DNA of 64,000 bases from Candidatus Pyrohabitans jungbluthii. GTDB lineage: Archaea > Hydrothermarchaeota > Hydrothermarchaeia > Hydrothermarchaeales > BMS3B. Made by a program: the position numbers and the translations under genes. The stretch spans positions 1-64,000 of the forward strand of contig MTMD02000006.1 in NCBI GenBank assembly GCA_002010065.2, in the 5' to 3' direction. The notes beneath the pieces are model-generated. The model saw nothing but the letters and a program-made list of their open reading frames with translations, was not told the DNA's origin and ran no database searches. Of this stretch, positions 50,132 to 59,899 are shown piece after piece. The first letter of the stretch is position 1, and each line of letters begins with the position of its first letter.

Positions 50132-51523
50132 ATGAGCATCTTTGACCTGCTGAAGCCGAAATCTTCGAGAATGGACCTGGCTCTCGCGGAGCTTCTGAAA
50201 GGGGTTGCAAAGGCTGCGGATGATAAAATTTATAATCCCGACTTTGAGCCAGAGGGCGGCTGGGATAAGTGGTGCGCCTGGGCTGCGAAGCAGGGCAAAA
50301 TAGCGAGGATGATTAGAAGCTTAGCTAAGAATGCAATGGCTTTCGACTTCTCTGGCGATGACGACAAGGCGTTGGAATTGGTGCAGAAGATGCGCCGGCG
50401 CACCCACCTTGATCTAATTCTCGTGCTCGCCTTCAAGGACTGGCTTGAATATGGACGCTGCTTCCTGGAAGTGGTGTGGGAGAAGAAGCGCATCGGGAAC
50501 AATGTTGTAGAGGACATCATCAAAATCAAGCGCGTTAACCCGATGACAGTCCGCGTTTTCAGAGACAACGAGGACGATGTGCGTGAGCTCCGGGACTTCC
50601 TGAAGCGTCACTTCCCGAATGTGGACAGGAGCAACATCAAAGAGGGCAGCGGTGACAACATCATAGGCTTCGTGCAGCACTTCAAGAGGGCTGAGGAGGG
50701 CAAGGCGGTATTCTTCAAGCCTGAGGAGCTTATCTTCATCCCGCGCTATCCCGACTACGACGCCCCCGACGGTGTCAGTCTGCTCAGGGAGAACTACGCC
50801 AATATCATGAACAAGCTCGGCACGGAGAAGTACCAGGCGATCATGCTCAAGCGCTTCGTGGACCACAAGCACAAGTTTAAAGTTCCTGAACGTTGGTGGC
50901 ATCGCATTGAGGAACTCCAGAGCAAAATCAAAAACATGTTGAAAGCGGGCGGTGACCTCTGGATCCCCGAGGGCATGGAGGTTGAAATACTCGAGCCGAA
51001 AGGCAATCCCCTAGCGACGATCAAAGCTCAGGAGCATATAGAGGACCAGGTAATCGCCGGCATGGGCTTCAGCGACAGCTTCACCGAGAGCAAGAGCAGC
51101 AACCGCTCTGTTGGTGAGGTGCAGCTCCAGTTCTTTGAACGCGATATTAGACCAGAGCGCTACATCTTCAAGGTCGTCATCGAGGACAGGATCATAATCC
51201 CCTATGTCAGGAAGAAGCTCGGACCCAAAGCGAAGCCACCGGAGATGGTATTCGAAGACCTCACGCCACGCGATGAGGTGCGCTGGGCTGCGGTGATGGC
51301 TTCCTACCTGCCCTACATGACCAAGTCGCAGATCAAGCGCCTCTTCGACGAGCTCGGCTACCCAGTGCCAAAAGAGGAGGAAAAAGAGTTCAGCGCAAAG
51401 GTGGACCTCGCAACTCAGAAGGGCGTGCCAAAGCCCGTGCTGACCGGAAGCGTTGACGTCAGAGAAGAGTTCGCGGAAGAAATCCATCGCCTCCGGAAAG
51501 AGCTCCTGGAGGTCTTCGACTGA
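50132..51523 (+). CDS. Portal protein
   Basis: Position after TerL; YGRCFLEVV, PDGVSLL, IPEGMEVEIL motifs; 463 aa. Confidence 0.8.
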   Translation: MSIFDLLKPKSSRMDLALAELLKGVAKAADDKIYNPDFEPEGGWDKWCAWAAKQGKIARMIRSLAKNAMAFDFSGDDDKALELVQKMRRRTHLDLILVLAFKDWLEYGRCFLEVVWEKKRIGNNVVEDIIKIKRVNPMTVRVFRDNEDDVRELRDFLKRHFPNVDRSNIKEGSGDNIIGFVQHFKRAEEGKAVFFKPEELIFIPRYPDYDAPDGVSLLRENYANIMNKLGTEKYQAIMLKRFVDHKHKFKVPERWWHRIEELQSKIKNMLKAGGDLWIPEGMEVEILEPKGNPLATIKAQEHIEDQVIAGMGFSDSFTESKSSNRSVGEVQLQFFERDIRPERYIFKVVIEDRIIIPYVRKKLGPKAKPPEMVFEDLTPRDEVRWAAVMASYLPYMTKSQIKRLFDELGYPVPKEEEKEFSAKVDLATQKGVPKPVLTGSVDVREEFAEEIHRLRKELLEVFD

Positions 51524-52798
51524 ATGCAGCTCTACGATTTCCTCAGCAAGGATGAGGAAGATGCGATCCGTGCCATTGAGGAAGCGCTTCTCAGGAAGAC
51601 AGCAGAATCAAGGAAGCGCGCGGTTGAAAAGCTCGCCAAGCTTCTCACCGTCAGCTACTACATCGGCGCAGAGAGGGCGCTCAAAGAAGTTGGCGCTGAC
51701 GTGCGCATCACCAGCTTGGAGATCAGAGCGCTCGAGAAGCTCATAGAGCAGGATGTAGCGCCAGCAATAAAAGAGATGTACGAGTTCCTCGAGCGCGACA
51801 TTAAGAGCGTCATCGAGGAAGGCATCCGGGAGGGACTTACCTACGACGAAATCTCTGCAAGGCTAAAGGAAAGGCTAAGAACAACCTTCGGCGAGGAGAT
51901 TCACTTTGACAGGCGTGGAAAGCTAAGGGAAGAGATCTACATTGACCGCAGAGGCAGGCTCAGAGTCAGGCAGGTTAAAATCACCCGCACAAAGACGCTG
52001 AAGCTTGACGACTACGCCGATCTCCTCGCAAGGACCAACGTAAAGAAAGCCTACGCCCTGGGGCACCGCGAGGGCTACGTCGCCGCTGGCCTGCGAAAGT
52101 GGAGGTATCGCAGCGTAGCAGATGAACGCACCAGGCCGCACCACTTAGCTCTTCACGGCAGAGTATTTGAGGTTGGCACAGCAGAAGAAGAGCTCGCCCT
52201 CCGCGTAATGAGCGAGCCCAACTGTAGATGCAGGCCCTCGCCATACTTCGACGATCCCAAGCTTGACACGCCTCAAGAGGTTTTCGAGCAGGAGAAGAAA
52301 AAATGGGCCCAGGAATGGCAGAGAGAGAAGGGTCTCGATTCTCTTGGGAAGTATCTAGAACCATTCGACAGAAAAGGCTTAGCACCTCCTTCCTATGATG
52401 AGCAGCTTAACTACCTCATAGAGAGGTTTAAGAAAAGCGAAGACATGCGCACCCTCCTTTCCATTACCGGGGAAAGCCCGCAAGCAAAAGCTAAAGAGAT
52501 CCTTGGAATCTCTCTCAGGCACTCCACATTTCACGGTACCGCTTCATCATACAGGCACATGGTGCAGGATGGGAGGAGGTACTCCCTGTCAGATGTTTTC
52601 AGCATAAAAAAGAGCCCGGAATGGGTAAGACGCGATCCTGATACCGGAGAATTTTTATTGCATGGAAAATCTAAAATATATCAGCGCCCAGTTTATATAA
52701 TATTGACACCTGACAGAAAAATTAAAACTTCATTTGTCATTACAAAAAGGAAAGAAGTTGAGAAGCTTAAGATGAGATTTAAAGAGGAGTTGAAATGA
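51524..52798 (+). CDS. MuF/gp7 minor head protein with C-terminal toxin-like extension
   Basis: ARTN...WRYRSVADERTRPHHLALHG...EPNCRC MuF signature followed by about 190 further aa. Confidence 0.85.
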   Translation: MQLYDFLSKDEEDAIRAIEEALLRKTAESRKRAVEKLAKLLTVSYYIGAERALKEVGADVRITSLEIRALEKLIEQDVAPAIKEMYEFLERDIKSVIEEGIREGLTYDEISARLKERLRTTFGEEIHFDRRGKLREEIYIDRRGRLRVRQVKITRTKTLKLDDYADLLARTNVKKAYALGHREGYVAAGLRKWRYRSVADERTRPHHLALHGRVFEVGTAEEELALRVMSEPNCRCRPSPYFDDPKLDTPQEVFEQEKKKWAQEWQREKGLDSLGKYLEPFDRKGLAPPSYDEQLNYLIERFKKSEDMRTLLSITGESPQAKAKEILGISLRHSTFHGTASSYRHMVQDGRRYSLSDVFSIKKSPEWVRRDPDTGEFLLHGKSKIYQRPVYIILTPDRKIKTSFVITKRKEVEKLKMRFKEELK

Positions 52799-53067
52799 AG
52801 AGGCTCCGAATAAGCTACGGGGACGAGCTGCTCAAAAATCCAGAGAAACGACCTGCAGAAGGCAAAATTAGAGCAGCGTACGTAAACAACAGAACAGGGT
52901 TAGTCTTAGGGAGGGGCGACATTGAGGTGGAGATCATAAGGGAGAACGGCGCTGATTATATCACCCTTCCCGAGGAGGTATACAGAGAATTGAAACTCAC
53001 AGATTACGACATGGACTGGTGCTCTGTCTATCTGAGGGAGGATGGTATCTTAGTAGAGCTTTTCTAG
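52795..53067 (+). CDS. Small protein coupled to MuF; immunity candidate
   Basis: ATGA overlap with MuF stop; 90 aa. Confidence 0.55.
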   Translation: MKRLRISYGDELLKNPEKRPAEGKIRAAYVNNRTGLVLGRGDIEVEIIRENGADYITLPEEVYRELKLTDYDMDWCSVYLREDGILVELF

Positions 53068-53086
53068 GGTTGTAAGAGGGGGTAGT

Positions 53087-53479
53087 ATGGATATTAACAT
53101 AAAGGATTTGACTTCTCGTAATTTGGTCAATCATTTTGTAATTGGCTATTTCGCTCTTTATGTAATCCTTGGCGATCAGTTTATTAATTATAAATTATTG
53201 AAGCAGATAGTCTTGGCGATTGTTGCAAGCTACTTGTTGTTTATTCCCGCAAGATTAATCGTCCGCATTCGTTGGGGAAGATGGGAAGAAAATCAAGAGG
53301 CGTACACGTACTATCACTTTAGAATATTCGCGGTTCTTCTCTCTCTTACTATAATCAAATTTATTGATATCATGAGAGGACTATGGCCGTGGTACAAACT
53401 GATTTTAGTTTGGTTGTTATCTTTTACAGCAGACTGGTTAACATGGTGGCTTTACAGAAAAGATACCACCGACTGCTAA
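53087..53479 (+). CDS. AT-rich four-TM membrane protein (moron)
   Basis: Four hydrophobic segments; AT-rich relative to flanking structural genes. Confidence 0.65.
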   Translation: MDINIKDLTSRNLVNHFVIGYFALYVILGDQFINYKLLKQIVLAIVASYLLFIPARLIVRIRWGRWEENQEAYTYYHFRIFAVLLSLTIIKFIDIMRGLWPWYKLILVWLLSFTADWLTWWLYRKDTTDC

Positions 53480-53495
53480 ATTCTACAACCACTAT

Positions 53496-53512
53496 CTGAC
53501 TTTCCTTTTTAA
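53496..53512 (+). promoter_or_regulatory. Viral late promoter motif copy 3 (protease)
   Basis: CTGACTTTCCTTTTTAA, 31 nt TATA-to-ATG. Confidence 0.75.
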
Positions 53513-53536
53513 GCTACTTCTCCTCAGCCTTTATTC

Positions 53537-54895
53537 ATGAGCGACGAGGTTACAGTAGACTTCACTGTAAGGGTTGCCGATTGCTTGGGCTTTTGTGCAG
53601 AGAAAGGCGACTTCGTCCCAGTGGTTGACCTGAAGAACGAGGACACCTCGAGGGGACTAAAGCGCAGGATCATCGCTGTCACCGAAGGCACACACAACGG
53701 CATACAGTTCCGGGCTAATGAAATTGAGGCGATGGTCCGGCGTGCCATTGAGGTGAAAGAGCAGGAGAATAGGAAGTACTTCAAGGTGCCTCTTGTTCTG
53801 GACCACAGCGATAGCTTCCTGGACAAAGTCGGAGCCACCTACAACCTCGAGTTCGGCAAGGACCCTGAGAAGGGGCTGCAGGCGGCAATAGCAGACGTGG
53901 AGTTCTGGAACACCACGCCCATGCTCAGAGAGGTTGCAGAGCGCGTGAAGCTAGACCCTGAGAACACCTTCTTCTCCGTCAGGGTGAGGGGCAGAATAGA
54001 GCAGGACGCAGAAGGGGAGTACCTTGCTGACATGACCCTGGTGCACATCGCCGTGGTAAACGAGCCCGCTGATCCCAATGCCAGGCTGATCTCCAATTCC
54101 AGAGGTGCCGATATTTCCCGGGAAATATTCGACTTTGGCGTGGTGCCGAGCAACCCGCCAAACTACCGCAAGGCGAGCGAGGACACACCCTGGGAAAAGC
54201 CTCGCCTTGAGGACTTCACCAGCAAGCGTTGGGATGAGCTGAGCGATGCGGAGAAGCGCAGAATAGCCCAGCACTTCGCTTGGGCTCCGAAGATGCCGCC
54301 CAACGCATTCACAGACCTCAAGTTGCCGCATCACCGCCCTAGCGACGGCGCCGTGGTGTGGAACGGTGTTCGCGCAGCAATGGCAGCACTCATGGGCGCC
54401 CGTGGTGGCGTTGACATTCCCGCGGCAGATAAGCGCAAGGTGTACAACCATCTCGCAGCTCACTACAGAGAATTCGAAAAAGAGCCTCCAGAGGCAAACT
54501 TCGCCAAATCTGACTTTGCTTTAAATACAGAAGGCTCGGAACTCAACAACAAAGGAGGTCTAAGCATGGAAGAAATAGAGAAAATCAAGACAGACCTCAA
54601 GAAAGAGTACGAGCAGAAGCTCGAGGAGGTCAAGCAGGAGTTCGCAGCGAAGATCAAGAAAATCGAAGAGCTGACCGAGCTCCGCGCGGAGATCATCGCG
54701 ATTTACCCTGAGGTTGACAGGGATTTCCTGAAGTCGCTCAACAGGGAGCAGCTGGAGAAGTACAAGGCGGACCTCAAGAAGCGCATGGTGGAAACCCAGA
54801 GCACCGAGAAGAGCAGGGACAACGCAGCCAAAGCCGAGGACCCGTTTGAGCTTGCCGAGAAGTACTTCGGCCCGGTTGAAGTGGGGGTGAGCTAA
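53537..54895 (+). CDS. Prohead maturation protease fused to accessory domain and scaffold
   Basis: LVLDH, FFSV, HIAVVNEPAD protease motifs; LKLPHH...GGVDIP...HLAAHY domain; C-terminal coiled coil. Confidence 0.8.
   Translation: MSDEVTVDFTVRVADCLGFCAEKGDFVPVVDLKNEDTSRGLKRRIIAVTEGTHNGIQFRANEIEAMVRRAIEVKEQENRKYFKVPLVLDHSDSFLDKVGATYNLEFGKDPEKGLQAAIADVEFWNTTPMLREVAERVKLDPENTFFSVRVRGRIEQDAEGEYLADMTLVHIAVVNEPADPNARLISNSRGADISREIFDFGVVPSNPPNYRKASEDTPWEKPRLEDFTSKRWDELSDAEKRRIAQHFAWAPKMPPNAFTDLKLPHHRPSDGAVVWNGVRAAMAALMGARGGVDIPAADKRKVYNHLAAHYREFEKEPPEANFAKSDFALNTEGSELNNKGGLSMEEIEKIKTDLKKEYEQKLEEVKQEFAAKIKKIEELTELRAEIIAIYPEVDRDFLKSLNREQLEKYKADLKKRMVETQSTEKSRDNAAKAEDPFELAEKYFGPVEVGVS
54566..54895 (+). 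CDS. Nested in-frame scaffold protein
   Basis: Internal GGAGGT RBS + ATG in frame; own late-promoter motif at 54510-54526. Confidence 0.65.
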   Translation: MEEIEKIKTDLKKEYEQKLEEVKQEFAAKIKKIEELTELRAEIIAIYPEVDRDFLKSLNREQLEKYKADLKKRMVETQSTEKSRDNAAKAEDPFELAEKYFGPVEVGVS

Positions 54896-54896
54896 G

Positions 54897-55367
54897 ATGG
54901 TGGAGACTGCAGCTTCACCTGTAAGGGGGTACCTCCCTGAAGGTATCCTGAGCGCGAAGGTGGATACCACGCAGACCAAGGACGCCGACGGCTACTACTA
55001 CAAGGCTGGGGATCTCGTGGAGATCGTTGCCGACGAAACCGTGGGCAAGGCAACCACCTCTGGTAAGGCGATAGGCGTGCTCGTTTCGAGCATCCACGAG
55101 AGCTCTGCACCCGAAGGGCTTGACTCCAGGCACCGCGTTTCCGTGCTCACGAAGTTCAGGGCTATCGTTGAGTTCACCGCGGAGGGTGCGATCAACGCTG
55201 GAGACGCCGTTACCACGAGCACAACCAACCCAGGCAGAGTGAAGGCGCTGCCCCCAGAGACTATCGACGAAGGCGGCACCGCAACGCACACCATAGACTA
55301 CCGCGACCCCATCGGCATCTGCTGGAAGGGCGGAGCCGATGGTAGCAAGGTGCTCGTGCTGATATGA
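54897..55367 (+). CDS. Head decoration/cement protein
   Basis: KAGDLV, KAIGV, AINAGDAV, PIGI repeats typical of capsid cement proteins; precedes MCP. Confidence 0.65.
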   Translation: MVETAASPVRGYLPEGILSAKVDTTQTKDADGYYYKAGDLVEIVADETVGKATTSGKAIGVLVSSIHESSAPEGLDSRHRVSVLTKFRAIVEFTAEGAINAGDAVTTSTTNPGRVKALPPETIDEGGTATHTIDYRDPIGICWKGGADGSKVLVLI

Positions 55368-55377
55368 GGTGGTGGAG

Positions 55378-56256
55378 ATGACGACCGCAGCTTTCACACA
55401 GAAGGATTTAGCATACCAGGACAGCCCCGCCCTTAAGCCTGAAGTCATAAGGGCGAGGGTCAAGCAGGTCTACGAAAAGACGCTGATAGGCAGGCAGCTT
55501 CTGAGTGGACCCGAGCGCATCGAGGGTGATTCCGTCTCCTGGATAGAAGAGGGTGACATCGTAGGCAACGTGGACTGGATCAGCGAGCTGGGCGGTTTCC
55601 CAAAGCTGGACTTCAAGTATGGCAAGAAGGCCAAGCCTATCCGGCCCTACGGTGCGTATTTCGACGTTACGCTGATGGAGCGCAGATTCTCCCGCGTCCA
55701 GACTGTGGGCAGAAAGATCAATCGCAGCGTTTACAAGATGCGCCGCTTTGAGGACGATCTGATCTTCAACGCCATGCTCAATGCAACCGGTATAAACACA
55801 TTCGACGGTACCAACTGGACTGACACCACGGCAGGGGACCCCATCGCAGACCTCGAGCATGCCAAGACGCTCATCTACGACGCTACGGATGGGGGTGAGG
55901 CTACCGACGTCATCATGAGCCCCATAATGTACGAGCGCCTCACCAAGTTCGACGTGGTACGCAACAACAACTACCTCCAGGCCCAGGTGGTCAAGACCGG
56001 TGTAATCCCTGGCCTCGCAGGGCTCAACATAATCAAGGATAAGGCCGTTGATCCCAACGACGACGGCGTGGTGCTCGTGATCCGCAGAAAGGACATAGGC
56101 TTTATGGCTGAGAGCATACCCCTGACTACGGTCAATGTCTCCGGTGAGAACCTCGGCAACCCGATGATAGACAACCGCTACTTCAACTTCGCCATGGCAG
56201 AGCCAGTCATCGACAGCCCAGAGTACATCTGCAAGATCACCGGCTTGAAGGCGTAA
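55378..56256 (+). CDS. Major capsid protein (HK97 fold)
   Basis: Size and position; ELGGFP, EDDLIF, DPIADL, VIMSP, GLAGLNII motifs. Confidence 0.82.
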   Translation: MTTAAFTQKDLAYQDSPALKPEVIRARVKQVYEKTLIGRQLLSGPERIEGDSVSWIEEGDIVGNVDWISELGGFPKLDFKYGKKAKPIRPYGAYFDVTLMERRFSRVQTVGRKINRSVYKMRRFEDDLIFNAMLNATGINTFDGTNWTDTTAGDPIADLEHAKTLIYDATDGGEATDVIMSPIMYERLTKFDVVRNNNYLQAQVVKTGVIPGLAGLNIIKDKAVDPNDDGVVLVIRRKDIGFMAESIPLTTVNVSGENLGNPMIDNRYFNFAMAEPVIDSPEYICKITGLKA

Positions 56257-56303
56257 GCGCCTCTCTTTCCATTTTCCGGGAAATATGTTTTGAGGTGATG
56301 TAG

Positions 56304-56591
56304 ATGCCAAAGAATGAACTGCTTGTGGAAATCAGAGCCGCACACTTCGAGAGCAAGCACCTGCGAGGCAAGAGGGGCGACAGGGGCAAGATACCAGCGG
56401 ACGAGAAGCTTCAGACGCCTGCGGAGCGCGATGCATTGAAGAACGGCAACCTCGTCGTTATCGACCTCGAGCCGGTGGAGAGCAAGCCAGCACCTGAGGA
56501 GAAGCCCAAGAAAAAGGGAAAGGGCAAGAAGGCTGAGGAAAGCAAGCCAAAGGGACCAGAGAAAAGCGAACCTGAAGAAAACGCCGAGTAG
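56304..56591 (+). CDS. Small virion-associated protein with K/E/P-rich tail
   Basis: Follows MCP; GAGGTGA RBS. Confidence 0.6.
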   Translation: MPKNELLVEIRAAHFESKHLRGKRGDRGKIPADEKLQTPAERDALKNGNLVVIDLEPVESKPAPEEKPKKKGKGKKAEESKPKGPEKSEPEENAE

Positions 56592-56600
56592 GGAGGGGAA

Positions 56601-56921
56601 ATGGAAGAGTCCCTCCTCATGAAGTACCTCGACAGCAAGTTCGAGGACCAGCAGAGGCAGATTTCATCCATCTGCAAGAAGCTAGACAAGCTAATCGAAG
56701 ATAACAGAAATGACCACGTGCAGCTTTACAGCCGCATTGGGGTGCTCGAGCGCTCTATCACTGAGCTCAGTCAGACAACCACAGCAATCGAAGATCATGA
56801 ACAGAGGATCCGCGCTCTGGAAACATTCAAGAATAGAATAATCGGGGCTCTCGTGGTAATTCCCGCAGGCGTTAGCACAATGGTGGTGAAGCTTAAAGAC
56901 CTGTTCTCTGGGGGGAACTGA
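56601..56921 (+). CDS. Coiled-coil + C-terminal TM protein (XhlA-like)
   Basis: DHEQRIRALE followed by a hydrophobic segment. Confidence 0.55.
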   Translation: MEESLLMKYLDSKFEDQQRQISSICKKLDKLIEDNRNDHVQLYSRIGVLERSITELSQTTTAIEDHEQRIRALETFKNRIIGALVVIPAGVSTMVVKLKDLFSGGN

Positions 56922-56922
56922 C

Positions 56923-57291
56923 TTGGCAGCCACTATCGACGACGTGAGGGCACAGATTGGCGACACCGACCCAGACAACTACATCTTCGGCGACCCTGAG
57001 ATCCAGAGCGCTCTGGACGAAGCTCAAGCAATCATAGAGGCGGAAGGGGGAAATGTTAGCAGTATACTGGGCAAGAGGGCGCAGAAGCTGCTCGCCGCCG
57101 CCTTCCTGGTTGACATGAAGACCGGGAACATAAAAGAGCGCAACGTCAAAACAATCCGCGAGGGCGATGCCTCGCTGGACTTTGAAGACCTCTCTGCGAA
57201 GGCTAAGGAGTGGCGCGCCGAAGCTGAGAGGCTGATTGACAAGCTCAGACCTCTGCCCTTTGGTGTGACCAACGATTTCTTCAGTGAGTGA
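56923..57291 (+). CDS. Head-tail connector (adaptor)
   Basis: TIDDVRAQIGDTD...FGDPEI...IREGDASL pattern. Confidence 0.7.
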   Translation: MAATIDDVRAQIGDTDPDNYIFGDPEIQSALDEAQAIIEAEGGNVSSILGKRAQKLLAAAFLVDMKTGNIKERNVKTIREGDASLDFEDLSAKAKEWRAEAERLIDKLRPLPFGVTNDFFSE

Positions 57292-57653
57292 AAATGTTCT
57301 CGGCTTTAGACTGGCCCTATAAAATTGAGCTGGTAAGAATCACAGAGGGCTACACCGACCAGAGCACTGGTGACTATATCCCTCCCCAGGAGAGCGTGGT
57401 GGAGATAAAGGGACACATCAGCGATGTTACGGTCAAAGACCTGCAGCGTGCACCGGAAGGGCTCTATGAGCTGGGCGACAGAAGGCTCTACGTAGCTAAG
57501 AGCTACGGCATCGCCGAGGGAGATATAATCAAAATCACAGAGGCGGACGGCTCAGTGAGCGAGTGGAAAGTTGTGCGCAGGGAGAGAAGCTACGGCTTGC
57601 TTGAGAGGTACGCAGCCTCGAGAGAGGCGTTTCTGCTCAGGCGGAGACAATGA
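57288..57653 (+). CDS. Head closure protein
   Basis: GYTDQSTGDY, LQRAPEG, GDII...W beta-rich; position. Confidence 0.65.
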   Translation: MKMFSALDWPYKIELVRITEGYTDQSTGDYIPPQESVVEIKGHISDVTVKDLQRAPEGLYELGDRRLYVAKSYGIAEGDIIKITEADGSVSEWKVVRRERSYGLLERYAASREAFLLRRRQ

Positions 57654-58159
57654 GCAAAGTAGAAGACAAGAACAACATCCCCAAGCTTGTGGCTGATTTT
57701 GAGAAGATCCTCGATCGCGTCGCAGCGAAGATTGCGATGTACCTCGAGCAGAAGATCCTTGACAAGATGGAGTCTGGCGACGCCTCCTGGCCGGAGCTGC
57801 ATCCCTTCACCGTCTCAAGGAAAGGCAGCACAAAGGCGTGGATCGACACCGGAGAGCTGAGGAATCAGATCACGCACCGCATCACGGGCAAAAGCATGAG
57901 CAGGACCATAAAGGTCGGCATCTTCCAGAGCAAGAAGGCTTTCATAGCGCTAGTCCTCGAGGAAGGGGCAACGATAAGAGTGAGTGAGAGGATGCGGAAG
58001 TTCCTCCATGCCCAGGGGCTACACCTCAAGCAAAGTACGTCAGAACTCCACATCCCACCGAGACCTCTTTTCACGCTGGTTTTCGACATGGAGGAAGAGA
58101 AAATTCTTAAAATAGCGCGGCAGGCTCTCGAGGAAGAGCTGAATCGCTACACCCTCTGA
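57650..58159 (+). CDS. Tail completion/neck protein (Mu gpG-like)
   Basis: WPELHPFT..RK, IDTGELRNQI, EEG, IPPRP motifs. Confidence 0.75.
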   Translation: MSKVEDKNNIPKLVADFEKILDRVAAKIAMYLEQKILDKMESGDASWPELHPFTVSRKGSTKAWIDTGELRNQITHRITGKSMSRTIKVGIFQSKKAFIALVLEEGATIRVSERMRKFLHAQGLHLKQSTSELHIPPRPLFTLVFDMEEEKILKIARQALEEELNRYTL

Positions 58160-58172
58160 CTTTGCTTTTTAT
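58156..58172 (+). promoter_or_regulatory. Viral late promoter motif copy 5
   Basis: CTGACTTTGCTTTTTAT, 30 nt TATA-to-ATG (58196). Confidence 0.7.
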
Positions 58173-58195
58173 GTTCTGTGCTGTGAGTGCTTATC

Positions 58196-58738
58196 ATGCT
58201 CCCTTCGAGTCTAAAGAAAGAGATCTTCAAAAGCCTGCCCAAGCAGGTAACAATAGGCAACGACACCCTCAGCATATACGTTGACTACGCTGACAGAGTG
58301 AACGTCTCAGAGAAGCTTCGCAGCTATCCCGTGGTGCTCACTTTGCACTACTTCGGTGACAGGAGGAGCGATGTGGAGAGCCCCCTCAATGACATCCTGG
58401 AGATAACCAGCGACGGCGTGGATGTGATCTACACCAAGGGGGAGAGGGAGCGGATCACGCTGCGCATCAACATCCACGCAAAGGACCACAGGGGCGCAGA
58501 GTTCCACCACAGGAGCGATGTTGTAGACGCAGTGGTTGACGAGCTGCTTCTGTGGTACCTCAAGCTAAACATCCCCGGTATAGCCACGCGGGGGAGAAGC
58601 GAAGTTGCTGCACTTGACTTCCTCGCAGGCGACGGAATAGCGAGGCGGAGGATAGACTTCTACCTCGCCTATACGCTGAGCTACCAGGAGACGGTCACCA
58701 CCATTGAGACCATTAACTACGAGGTCCAGCAGGGCTGA
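58196..58738 (+). CDS. Tail terminator-like protein
   Basis: Position before sheath; alpha/beta with RRRIDFYL. Confidence 0.55.
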   Translation: MLPSSLKKEIFKSLPKQVTIGNDTLSIYVDYADRVNVSEKLRSYPVVLTLHYFGDRRSDVESPLNDILEITSDGVDVIYTKGERERITLRINIHAKDHRGAEFHHRSDVVDAVVDELLLWYLKLNIPGIATRGRSEVAALDFLAGDGIARRRIDFYLAYTLSYQETVTTIETINYEVQQG

Positions 58739-58742
58739 TTTT

Positions 58743-58759
58743 CTGACTTTCCTTTTTAA
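58743..58759 (+). promoter_or_regulatory. Viral late promoter motif copy 6 (sheath)
   Basis: CTGACTTTCCTTTTTAA. Confidence 0.75.
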
Positions 58760-58809
58760 ACCTCTGCATTCAGCTTAAGCTTAAAAGCCGAAACTGGAGG
58801 AAGTAAGAG

Positions 58810-59889
58810 ATGCCGACGTCGGATAGCGCAATCCAAATCAACGTAGCTGATGCAACTTCGGCTTCTAAGGCCGAAACCTACGGCGAGGTAATTGTGATCG
58901 GCGAGGACAGCGACAATCTCGCGGACTTCAACACTGTATACACCTACTATAGCCAGAGCGAGGTTGAGCAGAAGTTCGGCGCTACTTCACCGATATCGCA
59001 GGCTACATCGAAGATTTTCGCCCAGGGCGTGGACCACGTGAAGGTGGTTAACGCCCTAAAGGACGACGGAGCAGGCGGCTCCGTTGCGGATTATAACACG
59101 GTGCTCAACTCCCTGGTGAGCGAGCAAGTTGACTACGACATAATAGTCCCGACGATAGACGCCAGCGATGCCAACATGCCAACGCTTGTGAGCCACGCAG
59201 GCAGCGAGAAGAAGGTGCTCATCATACCGGACATAGGGGATAAAGCTACCGTGGAAGCCAACATCGGGGCTCTCACGGCAAACGAGTACTGCTTTGCTAT
59301 TGCTCACGATGATGCAACGCTTGCACCAGGAGAACTTGCGGGCGCTGCCGCTGGCGTGCTCGGCGTGCTCCGCCCTTGGGTGCCTCCGGAGTGGCATGAG
59401 GTGCAGGGCATAAGTGCTGCGAGCTACGCCCCCAGCGATGTCGATGCCCTCGAGGGCAGCAACATCAACACCGTCATAACTGTGGCGCAGCGCAGCGTGA
59501 TAAGCGGAGCCAAGAGCCTCACGGGCAGCTTTATAGACATCCCGCGCACTAAGATCTACCTCGCCAAGGAGATCAAAAACGCCCTGGTGAACCTGAAGAT
59601 CCGCCTCGCCAACATGGGGCGCAAGATACCTTACTCGCCGGCGGGGCTGGACATGATCAAGGCGACAATCGAGGGGGTCTGCAGAGCTGCTCAGACTCTG
59701 GGCGCGCTGAGAGCTGATTACGTGGACGGGAAAGGCAACCTCGTGAAGGGCTTCCTTGTGAGCGTGCCAAGCTATGACTCAATACCAGACAGCGACAAGA
59801 GCAACCGCGTGCTCAACAACGTTTCCGTGACTGCATACCTGAGCGGCAGCATCAGCAAGATCACGCTTGACCTGGTCATAACGCTATGA
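58810..59889 (+). CDS. Contractile tail sheath protein (DUF3383-like)
   Basis: FIDI...KIPYSPAG...SVP...DKSNRVL...YLSGSI C-terminal sheath signature. Confidence 0.82.
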   Translation: MPTSDSAIQINVADATSASKAETYGEVIVIGEDSDNLADFNTVYTYYSQSEVEQKFGATSPISQATSKIFAQGVDHVKVVNALKDDGAGGSVADYNTVLNSLVSEQVDYDIIVPTIDASDANMPTLVSHAGSEKKVLIIPDIGDKATVEANIGALTANEYCFAIAHDDATLAPGELAGAAAGVLGVLRPWVPPEWHEVQGISAASYAPSDVDALEGSNINTVITVAQRSVISGAKSLTGSFIDIPRTKIYLAKEIKNALVNLKIRLANMGRKIPYSPAGLDMIKATIEGVCRAAQTLGALRADYVDGKGNLVKGFLVSVPSYDSIPDSDKSNRVLNNVSVTAYLSGSISKITLDLVITL

Positions 59890-59899
59890 GGTGATTGAA

